A stretch of DNA of 64,000 nt, from the NCBI GenBank assembly GCA_963805855.1, contig CAWDVW010000005.1, positions 480,001 through 544,000 of the forward strand, read 5' to 3'. Positions 33,135 to 43,631 of the stretch are shown piece after piece. This stretch comes from Candidatus Dadabacteria bacterium (GTDB lineage Bacteria > Desulfobacterota_D > UBA1144 > Nemesobacterales > CSP1-2). Each line of letters starts with the position of its first letter. Positions within the stretch are counted from its first letter, which is position 1. The notes beneath the pieces were generated by a model that saw only the letters and a list, made by a program, of their open reading frames with translations, ran no database searches and was not told where the DNA came from. The translations under genes and the position numbers were made by a program.

Positions 33135-34382
33135 CTAAATGCCTCCCTTGAGAAGTTCTTCCAAATTTGAAAACTCTCTACTTACACCACTTCTAGATTC
33201 AACTAACTTAATTCTTTTTGGCGTTTCGAGGAAGATCACTCCGTAAGAATTTGATTTTTTATTCTCCTTCATCCTGAACTTTTTTAAACTCACATCAGCT
33301 TTGAGATCAAGTATTACCTTAAAACCACTTGATCTTAGCCATTCGGCCAAACGTATCGCTTCAGGCCTAAGCCTCAGATTCTTAGGAATGATAACAAAGT
33401 GAACCTGATTGTCTTCCAGGTGCGGTTTTGTAATACTCAGTAACGATTCGATATCGATGGCAAATCCCGTTGCAGGGGTGTCGAAACCGTACCTGCCGAT
33501 TAGATCGTCATACCTCCCACCCCTGAGAAGGGCAGATGAAATATGTGGTGAAATAACTTCAAAGGTTACACCTGTGTAATAATTAAAACCCCTTAACTCA
33601 CCAAGATCAATATTCACCTTACAATCTAGGCCAAACTCGTCAAGCACATAAAGAACATTCTCTAGCTCACTTACATATTTTTTTAGTAATCCAATACCCT
33701 TAGCCCTTATGAGTATATCCCTACCGCCGTACAGCTCAGGCAGGGCAAGCAGGGCCTTTTTAACTCCCTTGGAAGTTTTCGCATGTTTGACTGCGTTCAC
33801 AAGCTGTTCATAATCTTTTTTCTTTAACGCTTCCTCTATCACCATTCGATGATTCCCAGTCTTTGAAAGCAGGTATCTCAAAAGTCCAGTGTGACCAATA
33901 TCCAACACAAGTTCTTTGGACCCGGCCTTGGTCAAAGATTTGACTGCCAGTGCTATTATTTCAGAATCGGACTCAGGAGAAGAAGACCCGATGAGTTCGC
34001 AACCAACCTGAAAAACTTCTCTTTCCTTGCCACTCCCCTTTTCTTCAAACCTGACCACCCTTCCATTGTAACAAAGCCTTAGAGGCTCTCGGTGGTCTTT
34101 TAATTGTGTTGCCACGATCCTGCCTACCTGGGGCGTTATATCCGGTCGTAAAGCAACAACGTCACCGGTTGATGGATCAACAAACTTCATTATTTTTTGC
34201 TTTAATTCATCCCCCAGGCCGACCGTGATTGCTTCAAGATATTCAAATAGAGGAGTAACCACCCGTCTGTATCCCCAGCGGGCGAATTCCGCCATCAAGA
34301 CTTCTTCAACTCTCCTTATTTCCTCTGCTTTTTGAGGTGTAAAATCCTTCACCCCTTGTGGGAGGCTAAGTCGGTTAACCAT
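33135..34382 (-). CDS. hisZ: ATP phosphoribosyltransferase regulatory subunit
   Basis: LPQGVKD, LRPDITPQ, QVGCELIG, YYTG, GGRYDDL. Located upstream of purA. Confidence 0.92.
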   Translation of the reverse strand: MVNRLSLPQGVKDFTPQKAEEIRRVEEVLMAEFARWGYRRVVTPLFEYLEAITVGLGDELKQKIMKFVDPSTGDVVALRPDITPQVGRIVATQLKDHREPLRLCYNGRVVRFEEKGSGKEREVFQVGCELIGSSSPESDSEIIALAVKSLTKAGSKELVLDIGHTGLLRYLLSKTGNHRMVIEEALKKKDYEQLVNAVKHAKTSKGVKKALLALPELYGGRDILIRAKGIGLLKKYVSELENVLYVLDEFGLDCKVNIDLGELRGFNYYTGVTFEVISPHISSALLRGGRYDDLIGRYGFDTPATGFAIDIESLLSITKPHLEDNQVHFVIIPKNLRLRPEAIRLAEWLRSSGFKVILDLKADVSLKKFRMKENKKSNSYGVIFLETPKRIKLVESRSGVSREFSNLEELLKGGI

Positions 34383-35972
34383 CTAAAAACTTACCTGTGT
34401 TACAGAAATTATATATGGCAGTTTATGTATTTCCTCTATTACTTCGTCGGTAACTGGCGAGTCTATATTAATAAAACAAATAGCCCTACCCCCAATACTT
34501 TCCCGACCGAGATGCATCTGACCAATATTGACCCCTCTGTTCCCTAGGAGTGTACCCATTGCCCCTATAAACCCCGGCTTATCATAGTTCTCGCTGATTA
34601 AAAGGAACCCTTGGGGTATTACGTCGATTGGGAACCCATTGATCTTCACAAATCTTGGCTCTTCTAAACCGAAGATAGTTCCAGCAACTTGATTCTCGCC
34701 CATGTTTGTCTTGACTCTCATAGTTACCAAGCTCTTAAAATCCAGCGACTTTGAGGACTTTGACTCAATTACCTTAATTCCCCTCTCCTTGGCAAGAATC
34801 GGAGCATTAACATAGCTTACAACAATATCCATCATTGGCGAAAGAAATCCCTTTAGGGCCGCAATTGTAAGTGTCTCAACATCAAAGCCTGAAGCTTCTC
34901 CGTCATACAGAATCCGAATTTCTTCGACCGCTCCCTTGCAAAGCTGTCCCTGAAGACTCCCCAGCTTTTCCGCGAGTGTTATATAAGGCTTCATAACCTT
35001 TAGAAGCTCCAAGCTTATCGAAGGCATATTCACAGCGTTTCTGACAACACCATTCAAATGATAGTCTATAATTTGTTCCGCGATCGCAACAGAAACCTTA
35101 GTTTGTGCCTCTTCAGTTGAAGCACCAAGATGGGGAGTTAAAACCAAATCACCGTCAAGAGCCAAAAGGGGATTATCCTTGTCAGGCGGTTCCTTTGCGA
35201 AAACGTCTAATGCAGCTCCAGAAACTATTCCCGATTTAATCGCATCCGAGAGATCATCCTCGTTGACAATTCCACCGCGAGCACAATTAACTAAAATCAC
35301 CCCCCTTTTCATTCGCTCAAATGCTTCTTTTGAGAGGAGGTTTTTCGTTTCATTTGTGAGTGGAGTATGGACTGATATGATGTCAGAGTTTTCTATCAAT
35401 TCATCAAAAGATACAAGTTCAACCCCAAGCTTAGCACTGGCTTCAGGCGATAGGAAGGGATCATAGGCTACAACCTTCATCTTTAGTCCTATCGCTCTCT
35501 CAGCAACTAGCCTTCCGATATTACCAAGGCCAATTAAACCGAGGGTTTTCCCAAAAATCTCCCTCCCCTTAAATTTACTTCTCTCCCACAATCCCGATTT
35601 CACTGAAATATGAGCCTGGGGCACTCTGCGTGCAATAGACAGCATCAAGGCAATCGTATGCTCGGCAGTGGTAATTGCATTCGCCTCGGGCGTATTCATA
35701 ACTATAATGCCCTTTTTCGTGGCGCTGGCTACGTCAACATTATCCACACCTATGCCTGCACGACCAATTAAATGCAGCTTGCTTCCAGCAGCATCAATAA
35801 TGTCTGATGTGACATTTGTTGCGCTTCTTACTATTATCGAATCATAGTTACCAATAATATTCCTTAGTTCGTCCGGCGAAATACCCTTCCTTGAATCGAT
35901 TTCTATTCCGGGTTGGGATTTAAAAAGCTTCAACCCTTCCTCGGCAATACCATCCGTAATTAATATCTTCAA
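34383..35972 (-). CDS. serA: D-3-phosphoglycerate dehydrogenase
   Basis: [29 protein letters not shown]-terminal ACT domain. Likely TTG start at 35972 after ggagg. Confidence 0.96.
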   Translation of the reverse strand: MKILITDGIAEEGLKLFKSQPGIEIDSRKGISPDELRNIIGNYDSIIVRSATNVTSDIIDAAGSKLHLIGRAGIGVDNVDVASATKKGIIVMNTPEANAITTAEHTIALMLSIARRVPQAHISVKSGLWERSKFKGREIFGKTLGLIGLGNIGRLVAERAIGLKMKVVAYDPFLSPEASAKLGVELVSFDELIENSDIISVHTPLTNETKNLLSKEAFERMKRGVILVNCARGGIVNEDDLSDAIKSGIVSGAALDVFAKEPPDKDNPLLALDGDLVLTPHLGASTEEAQTKVSVAIAEQIIDYHLNGVVRNAVNMPSISLELLKVMKPYITLAEKLGSLQGQLCKGAVEEIRILYDGEASGFDVETLTIAALKGFLSPMMDIVVSYVNAPILAKERGIKVIESKSSKSLDFKSLVTMRVKTNMGENQVAGTIFGLEEPRFVKINGFPIDVIPQGFLLISENYDKPGFIGAMGTLLGNRGVNIGQMHLGRESIGGRAICFINIDSPVTDEVIEEIHKLPYIISVTQVSF

Positions 35973-36129
35973 ACTTCCCTCCACTGATAAAAAACATGCA
36001 TCATCCAAACTGGATTAAAATATAAGTTAGTGAGGAGTTTTGTCAATTTGCCTGGATTAGCGACACCGAGTATTAGAAAATCCTCTAAATTGTTTAGAGA
36101 TTCGAATTGAGTTAAGATTTAGCTCGTCT

Positions 36130-36894
36130 ATGAATGACGAAGCCAAAATGAGTTTTCTTGACCACCTCGGCGAACTAAGAAAGAGGATACTGTGGTCAAT
36201 TCTATCAATTCTCGTATTCTTTATTCCCGCATATGCTTTCTCTGAAAAGGTATTTGACTTGTTAATGTTGCCAATAATAAAGAATCTACCTGAAGGAAGC
36301 ACGCTCATTTTTACTAGACCCGCGGAGGGTTTCACTACCTACCTCAAGGTCTCCTTTTTCGCCGCAATCTTTGCAGCATTTCCATTCATTCTCTACCAGA
36401 TATGGAAATTTGTCGCTCCTGCCTTGTACAAGGAAGAAAAGAAGATAGTCGTACCCTTCATTCTATTTGGTACTATATTATTTCTGATTGGTGGAAGCTT
36501 TTGCTACTTCATCGCATCCCCTCCCGCCTTCAAATTCCTTCTTGGAGAGTATTCATCTGAGTATGTGAAGGCATTTCCCTCAATTAGTGAGGCCCTTTTT
36601 TTCTTCATGTCTTTGATAATCGGTTTCGGACTTGTTTTCGAATTTCCTCTCGTAGTATTCGTCCTTTCTAGGCTTGGGATTGTCAGTAGCAGGTTCCTAA
36701 GGGAAAAGAGAAAATATGCAATCCTCGCAGGAGCCGTTCTGGCGGCGATTCTCACGCCGACGACCGACGCTATTTCAATGATGTTCATGTTCGTGCCACT
36801 TCTGGTCTTTTACGAACTTGGAATACTGGTTGCATGGATATTCGGGAAGAAAAGGGAGAAGGTATCGGAGTCTGAAGCGGACACAATTGTATAA
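36130..36894 (+). CDS. tatC: Twin-arginine translocase subunit TatC
   Basis: FLDHLGELRKR, YQIWKFVAPAL, FGLVFEFP, AAILTP. Confidence 0.97.
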   Translation: MNDEAKMSFLDHLGELRKRILWSILSILVFFIPAYAFSEKVFDLLMLPIIKNLPEGSTLIFTRPAEGFTTYLKVSFFAAIFAAFPFILYQIWKFVAPALYKEEKKIVVPFILFGTILFLIGGSFCYFIASPPAFKFLLGEYSSEYVKAFPSISEALFFFMSLIIGFGLVFEFPLVVFVLSRLGIVSSRFLREKRKYAILAGAVLAAILTPTTDAISMMFMFVPLLVFYELGILVAWIFGKKREKVSESEADTIV

Positions 36895-36984
36895 TCGGAA
36901 TTTGTAATGACACACATCAAAGTTGTCACCAATTTGATTTTGGGTAATATTTAGACTTTTTCAAAAATTCAAGAGGGGATTTTC

Positions 36985-38151
36985 TTGTTACGAGCCGGGC
37001 TGATTTCTTCAAGATTTGTTGGTGATTTTGATGAGGGAGATTTTTATCATCACGGTGCTATCCAAATAACACCACCTAGGAACAGGGAATACATAAACAA
37101 GTACAAAGACGGACTATTGCTCGGTGCTAATCCCGAATTGTGTTACCACCTTGGATACCAGGATCCCGATTCGACAAATAAACACGAAAAATGCGGAATA
37201 GTAAAACCCGCGTTGGTAAGTCAGGGTTTTATATTTAACGCCGGTTTCGGCTTGAGCGTCCACGACATTTCATTCAATGCCATAGCAAATCTCTCATACA
37301 GCGACCTGAGATTCGGTGCACCTGTTTACGAAGGCGACGTTGTGTATGCCAGATCCGAGGTCCTGGGTAAACAATTCAGAAGGGATGCATCAACAAGTGG
37401 CTCTGTTCAGGTCAAAACAACCGTATATAACCAACTTGGAGTAACTGTCCTCGAATACGTAAGACAAGTGCTGGTGAGAGGGGAACCCGGTAAAACCTAT
37501 CCACAGTCAAACACTATTAAACCCCAACCCGATAGAATCAAGCTAGACAATGCTGTCCTTCCCAACGAATTTTTTAAGCTACCTGACGAACTGCTAGGTG
37601 AAAATGGTAAGACATTTGAAAATTTCAAAATTGGAGACATTTATAGGGGAACTTTCGAAGACCAAATAAATTTCGTAGATTTTAGCTGGCTCCAGATTGC
37701 AACCCTTAACGACGCCGCCGTGCATCATAATCCTGCATCCGCCTTCATCGGATACGGTGGAGCCGTGAAAGCAATGGCAGAAGGTGAAGTAAGCAGACAC
37801 TTTCCTCTCGCATATCATTTGGGTATGAATAGTGGTGCCCATAACGCTCCCACTTACCCCGCGGATATAGTTAAGCTGCTTTTTGCTAACGGTAACGAAG
37901 GTGAACATGAGAAAATTAGATCGAAGATCGAAATAATAGATACTAACTCTATAGTTGGAAGAGACGACATAGGTGTAATAACCATAAATCTCATCGGCGA
38001 AAAATACGTCACTGACGCGGGCATTAAAGCACTTGAGGAAGCTAAGTTTGGAGGGATAGACCAAGTTTTTGAGGAAAACGGGAAGCGATATCTCCGGGTT
38101 TTAACGTTAGAGCAGATTTTGGCAGTGCCCACGAAAATGGCTTTTATATAA
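36985..38151 (+). CDS. Double MaoC/hot-dog dehydratase (mesaconyl-CoA hydratase-like)
   Basis: Two MaoC-like repeats (SRFVGDFDEGD; GKTFENFKIGD), DISFNAIANLSY..PVYEGD..SEV. Confidence 0.7.
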   Translation: MLRAGLISSRFVGDFDEGDFYHHGAIQITPPRNREYINKYKDGLLLGANPELCYHLGYQDPDSTNKHEKCGIVKPALVSQGFIFNAGFGLSVHDISFNAIANLSYSDLRFGAPVYEGDVVYARSEVLGKQFRRDASTSGSVQVKTTVYNQLGVTVLEYVRQVLVRGEPGKTYPQSNTIKPQPDRIKLDNAVLPNEFFKLPDELLGENGKTFENFKIGDIYRGTFEDQINFVDFSWLQIATLNDAAVHHNPASAFIGYGGAVKAMAEGEVSRHFPLAYHLGMNSGAHNAPTYPADIVKLLFANGNEGEHEKIRSKIEIIDTNSIVGRDDIGVITINLIGEKYVTDAGIKALEEAKFGGIDQVFEENGKRYLRVLTLEQILAVPTKMAFI

Positions 38152-38239
38152 GAAATAATGCCTGACACTTTCCTCCCTCGCTGGAGCCCGTCCTGAGTGA
38201 AATCGGAGGAAGGGAAGGATCAAGGTTGCGGAGGAAAAA

Positions 38240-39955
38240 ATGCCAAAAAATAACAGACAAAGAAAACCCTTAGACCTTCATCATCCACTTACCTATAAGA
38301 GAAGAAAAAAATTTGATGTGGAATGGTATTTGAAAGAGGATAGGTCAAAATGGGTATTGCCAAACATATTACGGGAGCAAGCGAAAAAGCTTGGAAGGAA
38401 ACCATTCCTTCAGTTCGGATACAGAAAACCGCTGAGTTTCTATCAAACTAACCAACTAGCAAATAAGATCGCAAACGGCTTAATAAAACTGGGAGTGCAA
38501 AAGGGAGATAAAGTTGCGGTCTACATGCCTAACTCGGAGGATTATGTAATTGTCTGGTTTGGTATCCTGAAGGTTGGTGCGGTCATGGTACCTATAAATA
38601 CGGCTTACAAGATGGATTTTCTTCAATACATAATCGACAGCTCCGACTCAAAAGTCTTATTCATAGCAGAAGAATATCTTGACAGAATGCCCCCAATCGC
38701 AAAGAGGATTCCCAAGGTAGAAACCGTGATCGTATGGACTAGAGAAGGAAGCAACAAATTTGATAGACAGGGATTTAACTTCAAAACGATGGTTTCATAT
38801 AACAGGTTCATCAATTCCCAGAAGAGTACGGAGCCGGGAATCGAGGTTACGTTCATGGATTTTGCCAGGTTGATGTACACATCCGGGACAACAGGACGAT
38901 CTAAGGGCGTTATGAGACCGTGCGCAGCCGATTACAGCAGTGCCCGAAACTATGCTGAAATCATGGACGTTGGTCCCGATGATGTCTGCTTCACATGCCT
39001 TCCCCTCTTCCATTCAAATGCAATGGTAATGACGGTGTATCCGGCCCTGATTAAAGGGGCCAAAGTGATAGTTGAGGAGAAATACAGCGCAAGCCGGTTC
39101 TGGAAATGGATTAAAGACCATGGAGTTACCAAATTTAACATTGTCGGCACGATGTCCTACTTCATGTGGAACACACCTCCAGTGCCTGAAGAGAAGGAGC
39201 ATAAAGTCAAATTAGTTCTGGGATCGCCCGCACCTCATGACATTATTGTGGAATTCATGAATAGATTTAATATTAAATTTATGGAAGGCTATGGCCTGAC
39301 TGAAATCGGTCAATGCACATGGATGCGCCCTGGGGAGCCGTTCAGGGTTGGATCATGTGGAAAGGAGGCGCCTGGCTATGAGATCAAAATAACAGACCCT
39401 GAAACCGATGAGGAAGTTTCGAGGGGACAGGTCGGAGAGATAGTAGTTCGGCCCAGGATACCAAACATAATGCTGCACTACTATCATAAGATGCCCGAAA
39501 AGACCGTAGAGGACTTTCGCAACTTCTGGTTTCATACGGGCGATGCCGGAAGAATGGACAAAGATGGTTATATCTACTTCGTCGACAGGGTAAAGGATTA
39601 CATTCGCAGGAGGGGCGAGAACATAAGCTCATTCGAAGTCGAAAAGATAGTAGGCTCTTACCCCGATGTTGAAGAATCCGCGGCCATAGGAATAAAGGCT
39701 GACACAGGTAGATTTGCGGAAGATGACTTGATGGTTGTCGTTGTTCCTAAGAAGGGTAAGAAAATCGATCCCGTTAAACTTCTGCAATTTCTGGAACCTA
39801 AAATGCCTCATTTCATGATTCCCAGATTTATACGTTTTGAGAAATCACTACCTATGACCGGCACCCAAAGGGTACAAAAAAATAAACTCCGAGATCAGGG
39901 TATTACCAAAGACACATGGGACAGGGAAAAGGCGGGATATAAGATCAAGCGCTAG
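38240..39955 (+). CDS. ATP-dependent acyl-CoA ligase (crotonobetaine/carnitine-CoA ligase-like)
   Basis: MYTSGTTGRSKG, YGLTE, WFHTGD, DRVKDYIRRRGENISS. Confidence 0.92.
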   Translation: MPKNNRQRKPLDLHHPLTYKRRKKFDVEWYLKEDRSKWVLPNILREQAKKLGRKPFLQFGYRKPLSFYQTNQLANKIANGLIKLGVQKGDKVAVYMPNSEDYVIVWFGILKVGAVMVPINTAYKMDFLQYIIDSSDSKVLFIAEEYLDRMPPIAKRIPKVETVIVWTREGSNKFDRQGFNFKTMVSYNRFINSQKSTEPGIEVTFMDFARLMYTSGTTGRSKGVMRPCAADYSSARNYAEIMDVGPDDVCFTCLPLFHSNAMVMTVYPALIKGAKVIVEEKYSASRFWKWIKDHGVTKFNIVGTMSYFMWNTPPVPEEKEHKVKLVLGSPAPHDIIVEFMNRFNIKFMEGYGLTEIGQCTWMRPGEPFRVGSCGKEAPGYEIKITDPETDEEVSRGQVGEIVVRPRIPNIMLHYYHKMPEKTVEDFRNFWFHTGDAGRMDKDGYIYFVDRVKDYIRRRGENISSFEVEKIVGSYPDVEESAAIGIKADTGRFAEDDLMVVVVPKKGKKIDPVKLLQFLEPKMPHFMIPRFIRFEKSLPMTGTQRVQKNKLRDQGITKDTWDREKAGYKIKR

Positions 39956-40269
39956 TTAATTTCTCCAAATTTCGCAATGCCCACTGCAACTAGATCGCAT
40001 TGCTCGCGAACCTACATTGGATGGATAACCCTCTAGTAAGCCACAGAAGATTCGCGAGCTAAATTTCTAAGAAACGTCGTATCCTTGCAATCTTTTTCTC
40101 ACGAGTGGACCATTTCAAATCGCGGATGCTCATTCTTCTCTTTCGTTTGTGGTTTCTCCAATAAAAGGTTTGCGTTGTTCCCTTTTACTATACCTAAGTG
40201 GTGATATTTCTGCTTTGCACTTAACTCGTGACGTTATCACTTTGTAAAAACATGAGTTGAAAGAAGTTT

Positions 40270-40297
40270 TTGACTAATGATTTCTTTTGTGTATCAT
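40270..40297 (+). promoter_or_regulatory. Sigma70-like promoter
   Basis: TTGACT-N16-TATCAT, ~350 nt upstream of ORF 40649. Confidence 0.5.
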
Positions 40298-40303
40298 TCA
40301 TTA

Positions 40304-40615
40304 ACTCACAAAGCGTTGAGAAACCGTCCTTACATCTTATTTAGTATCTCAACTTGTAAAGCCTAGGTAGTCCAAACAGAATACCTTCACAATTGAGTGT
40401 TTAAGCGAGCTAAATCTGGAAAAGGTTGCACAACGACCTTTTTGCCGGCCAGGTGTGAATGATTCATTATGCCCTCTGCACAGAAGGCGCAAGGGTGCTC
40501 GCAAGAACGTTTGAAATGCCCGATGGAGCCTCGAAGAATCAGAATGGCTTCTCAGCCGAAGAGTGAAGGGCAAAATCGGAACTTAAGCCCAAAAAGTAAA
40601 TCATTAAATTGTATT
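40304..40615 (+). ncRNA. Candidate structured leader RNA (family unknown)
   Basis: At least seven adjacent or nested stems paired by eye; G-U pairs favour the plus strand. Confidence 0.4.
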
Positions 40616-40648
40616 GTAGGAAAATAAATTAAATAGGAGGCCAAAAAT

Positions 40649-41353
40649 ATGGCTCTAAAGACAGAAACGACAAAGGGAAATGGTGTACGAGGGGCAGTAA
40701 GAGGGATCACGGCATCCGTTAGTGAGAATCATCTAAATAGTGTAAAGCGTTGCCTTTCCGTCTTGCAAGAGAATCTAAGAGCCTTCAACATACAGGTTGA
40801 GCAGCTACTTAATCTTCAGCGAGATCACATCAGTACTGGACTAGTGTTCTACAATAACTCTCCGTTAGGAACGCTTTGGAACGGAAACCCAATGGCTTTA
40901 AATGGTAGGGTTGGTGGCATTGTTGATAGCATTGTGGATTTCCAGAAAGACTACGCTAAATTAGTTACAAGCGTATCAGATAACGTTATAACGGAAACTC
41001 TTAAAATCACTCAGAAGAAGGAAAAGCAAAGCTCTGTAAATTACCTTGAACCTATATGTCTTTTTATAGTGAAAGATAAAGTAGAAGAGTCGGATGAAAA
41101 AGAAATAGAAAAGGCAGTAGACGAATTCCTTTCTCAGTTTAAGATTATTAGAACCCTAAACCCGTTATTCAGGTGTTTTTTAGGTAGATGGAAAACCGAG
41201 ATAACCAAAAAAAACGAAGATAGAATTATCAGACTAGTTGATAATCTGAAATCAGTTGACGGTATTTATTCGGTAATACCAGCCCTTACATTGACTAATA
41301 TGTTAAAGCAACAAGAGCTCACTTGGAAGGCTTGGAGAGAGGTAATTTCCTGA
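40649..41353 (+). CDS. Hypothetical protein
   Basis: 234 aa ORF with strong SD aggagg. No family recognised. Confidence 0.7.
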   Translation: MALKTETTKGNGVRGAVRGITASVSENHLNSVKRCLSVLQENLRAFNIQVEQLLNLQRDHISTGLVFYNNSPLGTLWNGNPMALNGRVGGIVDSIVDFQKDYAKLVTSVSDNVITETLKITQKKEKQSSVNYLEPICLFIVKDKVEESDEKEIEKAVDEFLSQFKIIRTLNPLFRCFLGRWKTEITKKNEDRIIRLVDNLKSVDGIYSVIPALTLTNMLKQQELTWKAWREVIS

Positions 41354-41392
41354 TACCGAAAAGGAAGACAGGGGTGCGTCTCCCGTTATTTT

Positions 41393-41420
41393 ACACTTCG
41401 GCAGGCTCAAGTGTGAACGG
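41393..41420. repeat. REP-like family A (cttcgRcaggctc..gtgtgaacgg)
   Basis: Near-identical copy at 54301-54327. Related copies at 16442, 38187, 46305, 46373 and 54481. Confidence 0.75.
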
Positions 41421-41600
41421 ATCATCTTTTTTACTTCAATCCTGACGGCCCAGGTTATCGAAGGGCTACAGAAACAATAGGCAGGGTTTTCCAACCCCGC
41501 GATCAATATGTAAGACAGGACTGTCTCGGCTATCGTTATCACAGACCCGTATCAAGGAATGCAGAATAATCAAATTCAAATCCTTCAATATATGAATTCC

Positions 41601-42200
41601 CTAAATATCCTTAACCATCAGTAAAGCATAGCCCGCATAACGGATCAATTCATGAGGTACAACCTTTTCACGCGCTATCTCATAATAGCCGTGACGATCA
41701 TATAGCTTCTTCGCACCTCGATTTTCCTCGAAAACAATTAAACTTATCTGGTTTAGTCCCAGACCTTTTGCTTGCCGCTCTGCGATTTCTAGAAATTTAC
41801 TCCCGATACCCTTTCCCCTATACTCAGGAAAAACTGCCATACCAGCTATATAATAGCTATTGGGTTGTTCGAGTTTGGTATACGGAGCAAGTATCGGATC
41901 GACGTCCTTTTCACTATTACTGCTATCCTCGGTCTCCATAGGAAAGGCAGCAATCATACCTACAATCTCACCAGCTATTTCGGCAATAGTGCAGTTCTGG
42001 TAGTTAAATTGGGTATCTTCACGGGAATAACGACGTTCGCCAACATCTAATATGTTTTCACCCGGTTCTGCCAACGTGCTCCATGTGTAGTCCGCTACGC
42101 CATCAGAAGAAATACTAAAAAGTTCCGCAATGATTCTTGATTCCTCTTTTCTAGCAGGACGACATCTGATTCTATCAAGCATATGAGCAGCCAACGTCAT
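41601..42200 (-). CDS. GNAT-family N-acetyltransferase
   Basis: YIAGMAVFPEYRGKGIG, N..AKKLYDRHGY. Confidence 0.92.
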   Translation of the reverse strand: MTLAAHMLDRIRCRPARKEESRIIAELFSISSDGVADYTWSTLAEPGENILDVGERRYSREDTQFNYQNCTIAEIAGEIVGMIAAFPMETEDSSNSEKDVDPILAPYTKLEQPNSYYIAGMAVFPEYRGKGIGSKFLEIAERQAKGLGLNQISLIVFEENRGAKKLYDRHGYYEIAREKVVPHELIRYAGYALLMVKDI

Positions 42201-42447
42201 CTAAATAATCTCAATAACCCAAGACGGATAGTATTACCTCGTCAAACTGACAATTTATTCAGCTTTCAAAATAAACTAACCAGCTCACCAACATCTTCTC
42301 GCGAAGAAGCTTGTTGGGTTTCGGGGCATTCCATGCGCGTCTTCCTTGTGGGTGTATTGCTTTTCCCCTAATCCTTCTTGAATTAGCCTGTTTCCGCAGA
42401 AATTTTGAATACGCTTTGTGTGGCGCACTTATTTCCGAAACATAAAG

Positions 42448-43455
42448 TTATTCGAAAGAATCTTGAGTATTATTTTTTTTGCCGGAAGAACCACAAAAGG
42501 TAGCGATTGCAGACATCACTTCACGTTCGAAGAACCCGCCTGCCGGTCGATTGACCAAAGTATTATTTACAACGAGTGTCGAAGAACCTCCTCCGTCAAG
42601 ATTAATTGCATCGACTGCCCCCAAATCAAGCATCAGTGTTGAAAGCTCATCAAGGGTTACTCCTCTGCTATCAGATTGACGTCCGTCTACGACCAACAGT
42701 ATTAATGCACCATCAGCGGTGACTCCTGCGGCTGTTCGGGGGTTAAACTGGTTGAATGATTTTGCAAAAAACGCCTCCTCGTCCGAAGTAACATGCATAT
42801 TTCCATCTACCACTAGGGCCGGGCCAGCACCAATCGCATCTCTAACATTCCATTCCTTTGCATTGTCATAGTTATGCGGGCCAGCGGGTTGGCCTGGACG
42901 ATGATTAGGAGGCTCGGACCATTCATAGAGTTTATTATCGTGAGTTGTGACCCAAGCAATATCAACATCTCCATTTTCCTTAAAACCAATTGCTGCACGG
43001 GCCGTATGGTATCGATCAGAATTAAGAATGATAGAATTGGTGGCTGGTTTTATTATGGTCCCGTCAGAAACCAAAAGACCAACGTGCTCTGATGGAGTTA
43101 GATCGTTTCTGAAGAACCCGCCGTTAACGACGACGCAGGCACCGAGATCCTTCGAAAAACTGGAGACTGTTTCACGATTATCGGTCCTGTCATCAGAAAC
43201 CACGACCTTGGTCTTAATGTTTGGTTGCTTTTGATCGATATATACATACCAGGCACGTAGCGGAAGTGCCTGATTGAATCCACCGTAGACCCTAACTCCA
43301 TGAGGTAGATTTTTATTCACGGACTCAATAGGCTTCCAATCCATGGAAAGCCTTTGATCAATTGCCAAGTCATCTGAGTAGACGGCGTGAGTGGACACGA
43401 AAAGAACGCTGAAAAGAATTAATAAAGAGGCTTGAAATAGTCTTATTGAATTCAT
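42448..43455 (-). CDS. Phosphodiester glycosidase (NAGPA/DUF2233) family exported protein
   Basis: VNGGFF, PRTAAG, VDGRQ, AINLDGGGSS. Signal peptide from the Met at 43455. Confidence 0.9.
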   Translation of the reverse strand: MNSIRLFQASLLILFSVLFVSTHAVYSDDLAIDQRLSMDWKPIESVNKNLPHGVRVYGGFNQALPLRAWYVYIDQKQPNIKTKVVVSDDRTDNRETVSSFSKDLGACVVVNGGFFRNDLTPSEHVGLLVSDGTIIKPATNSIILNSDRYHTARAAIGFKENGDVDIAWVTTHDNKLYEWSEPPNHRPGQPAGPHNYDNAKEWNVRDAIGAGPALVVDGNMHVTSDEEAFFAKSFNQFNPRTAAGVTADGALILLVVDGRQSDSRGVTLDELSTLMLDLGAVDAINLDGGGSSTLVVNNTLVNRPAGGFFEREVMSAIATFCGSSGKKNNTQDSFE

Positions 43456-43631
43456 TGATAACTTCTCAGCATTGGTAACAAGTAGCTCAATACCAATTGA
43501 TACTAAGATATATCCGGTTTTGGACAAAATCAATTAAGGTGTCGATGGATTCTATTTTTTCGTAAGAATCTAGAATATTAACTTGGGCCATTCATTTCCA
43601 GTTTATTAAGGAAGTTCGGACTGATTAAATT

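Noticed and set aside
40520-40600. Glycine riboswitch resemblance (gccgaag...)
   Set aside because: Lacks the CTCTCAGG and GGAGA core elements, and the downstream gene is unrelated to glycine metabolism.
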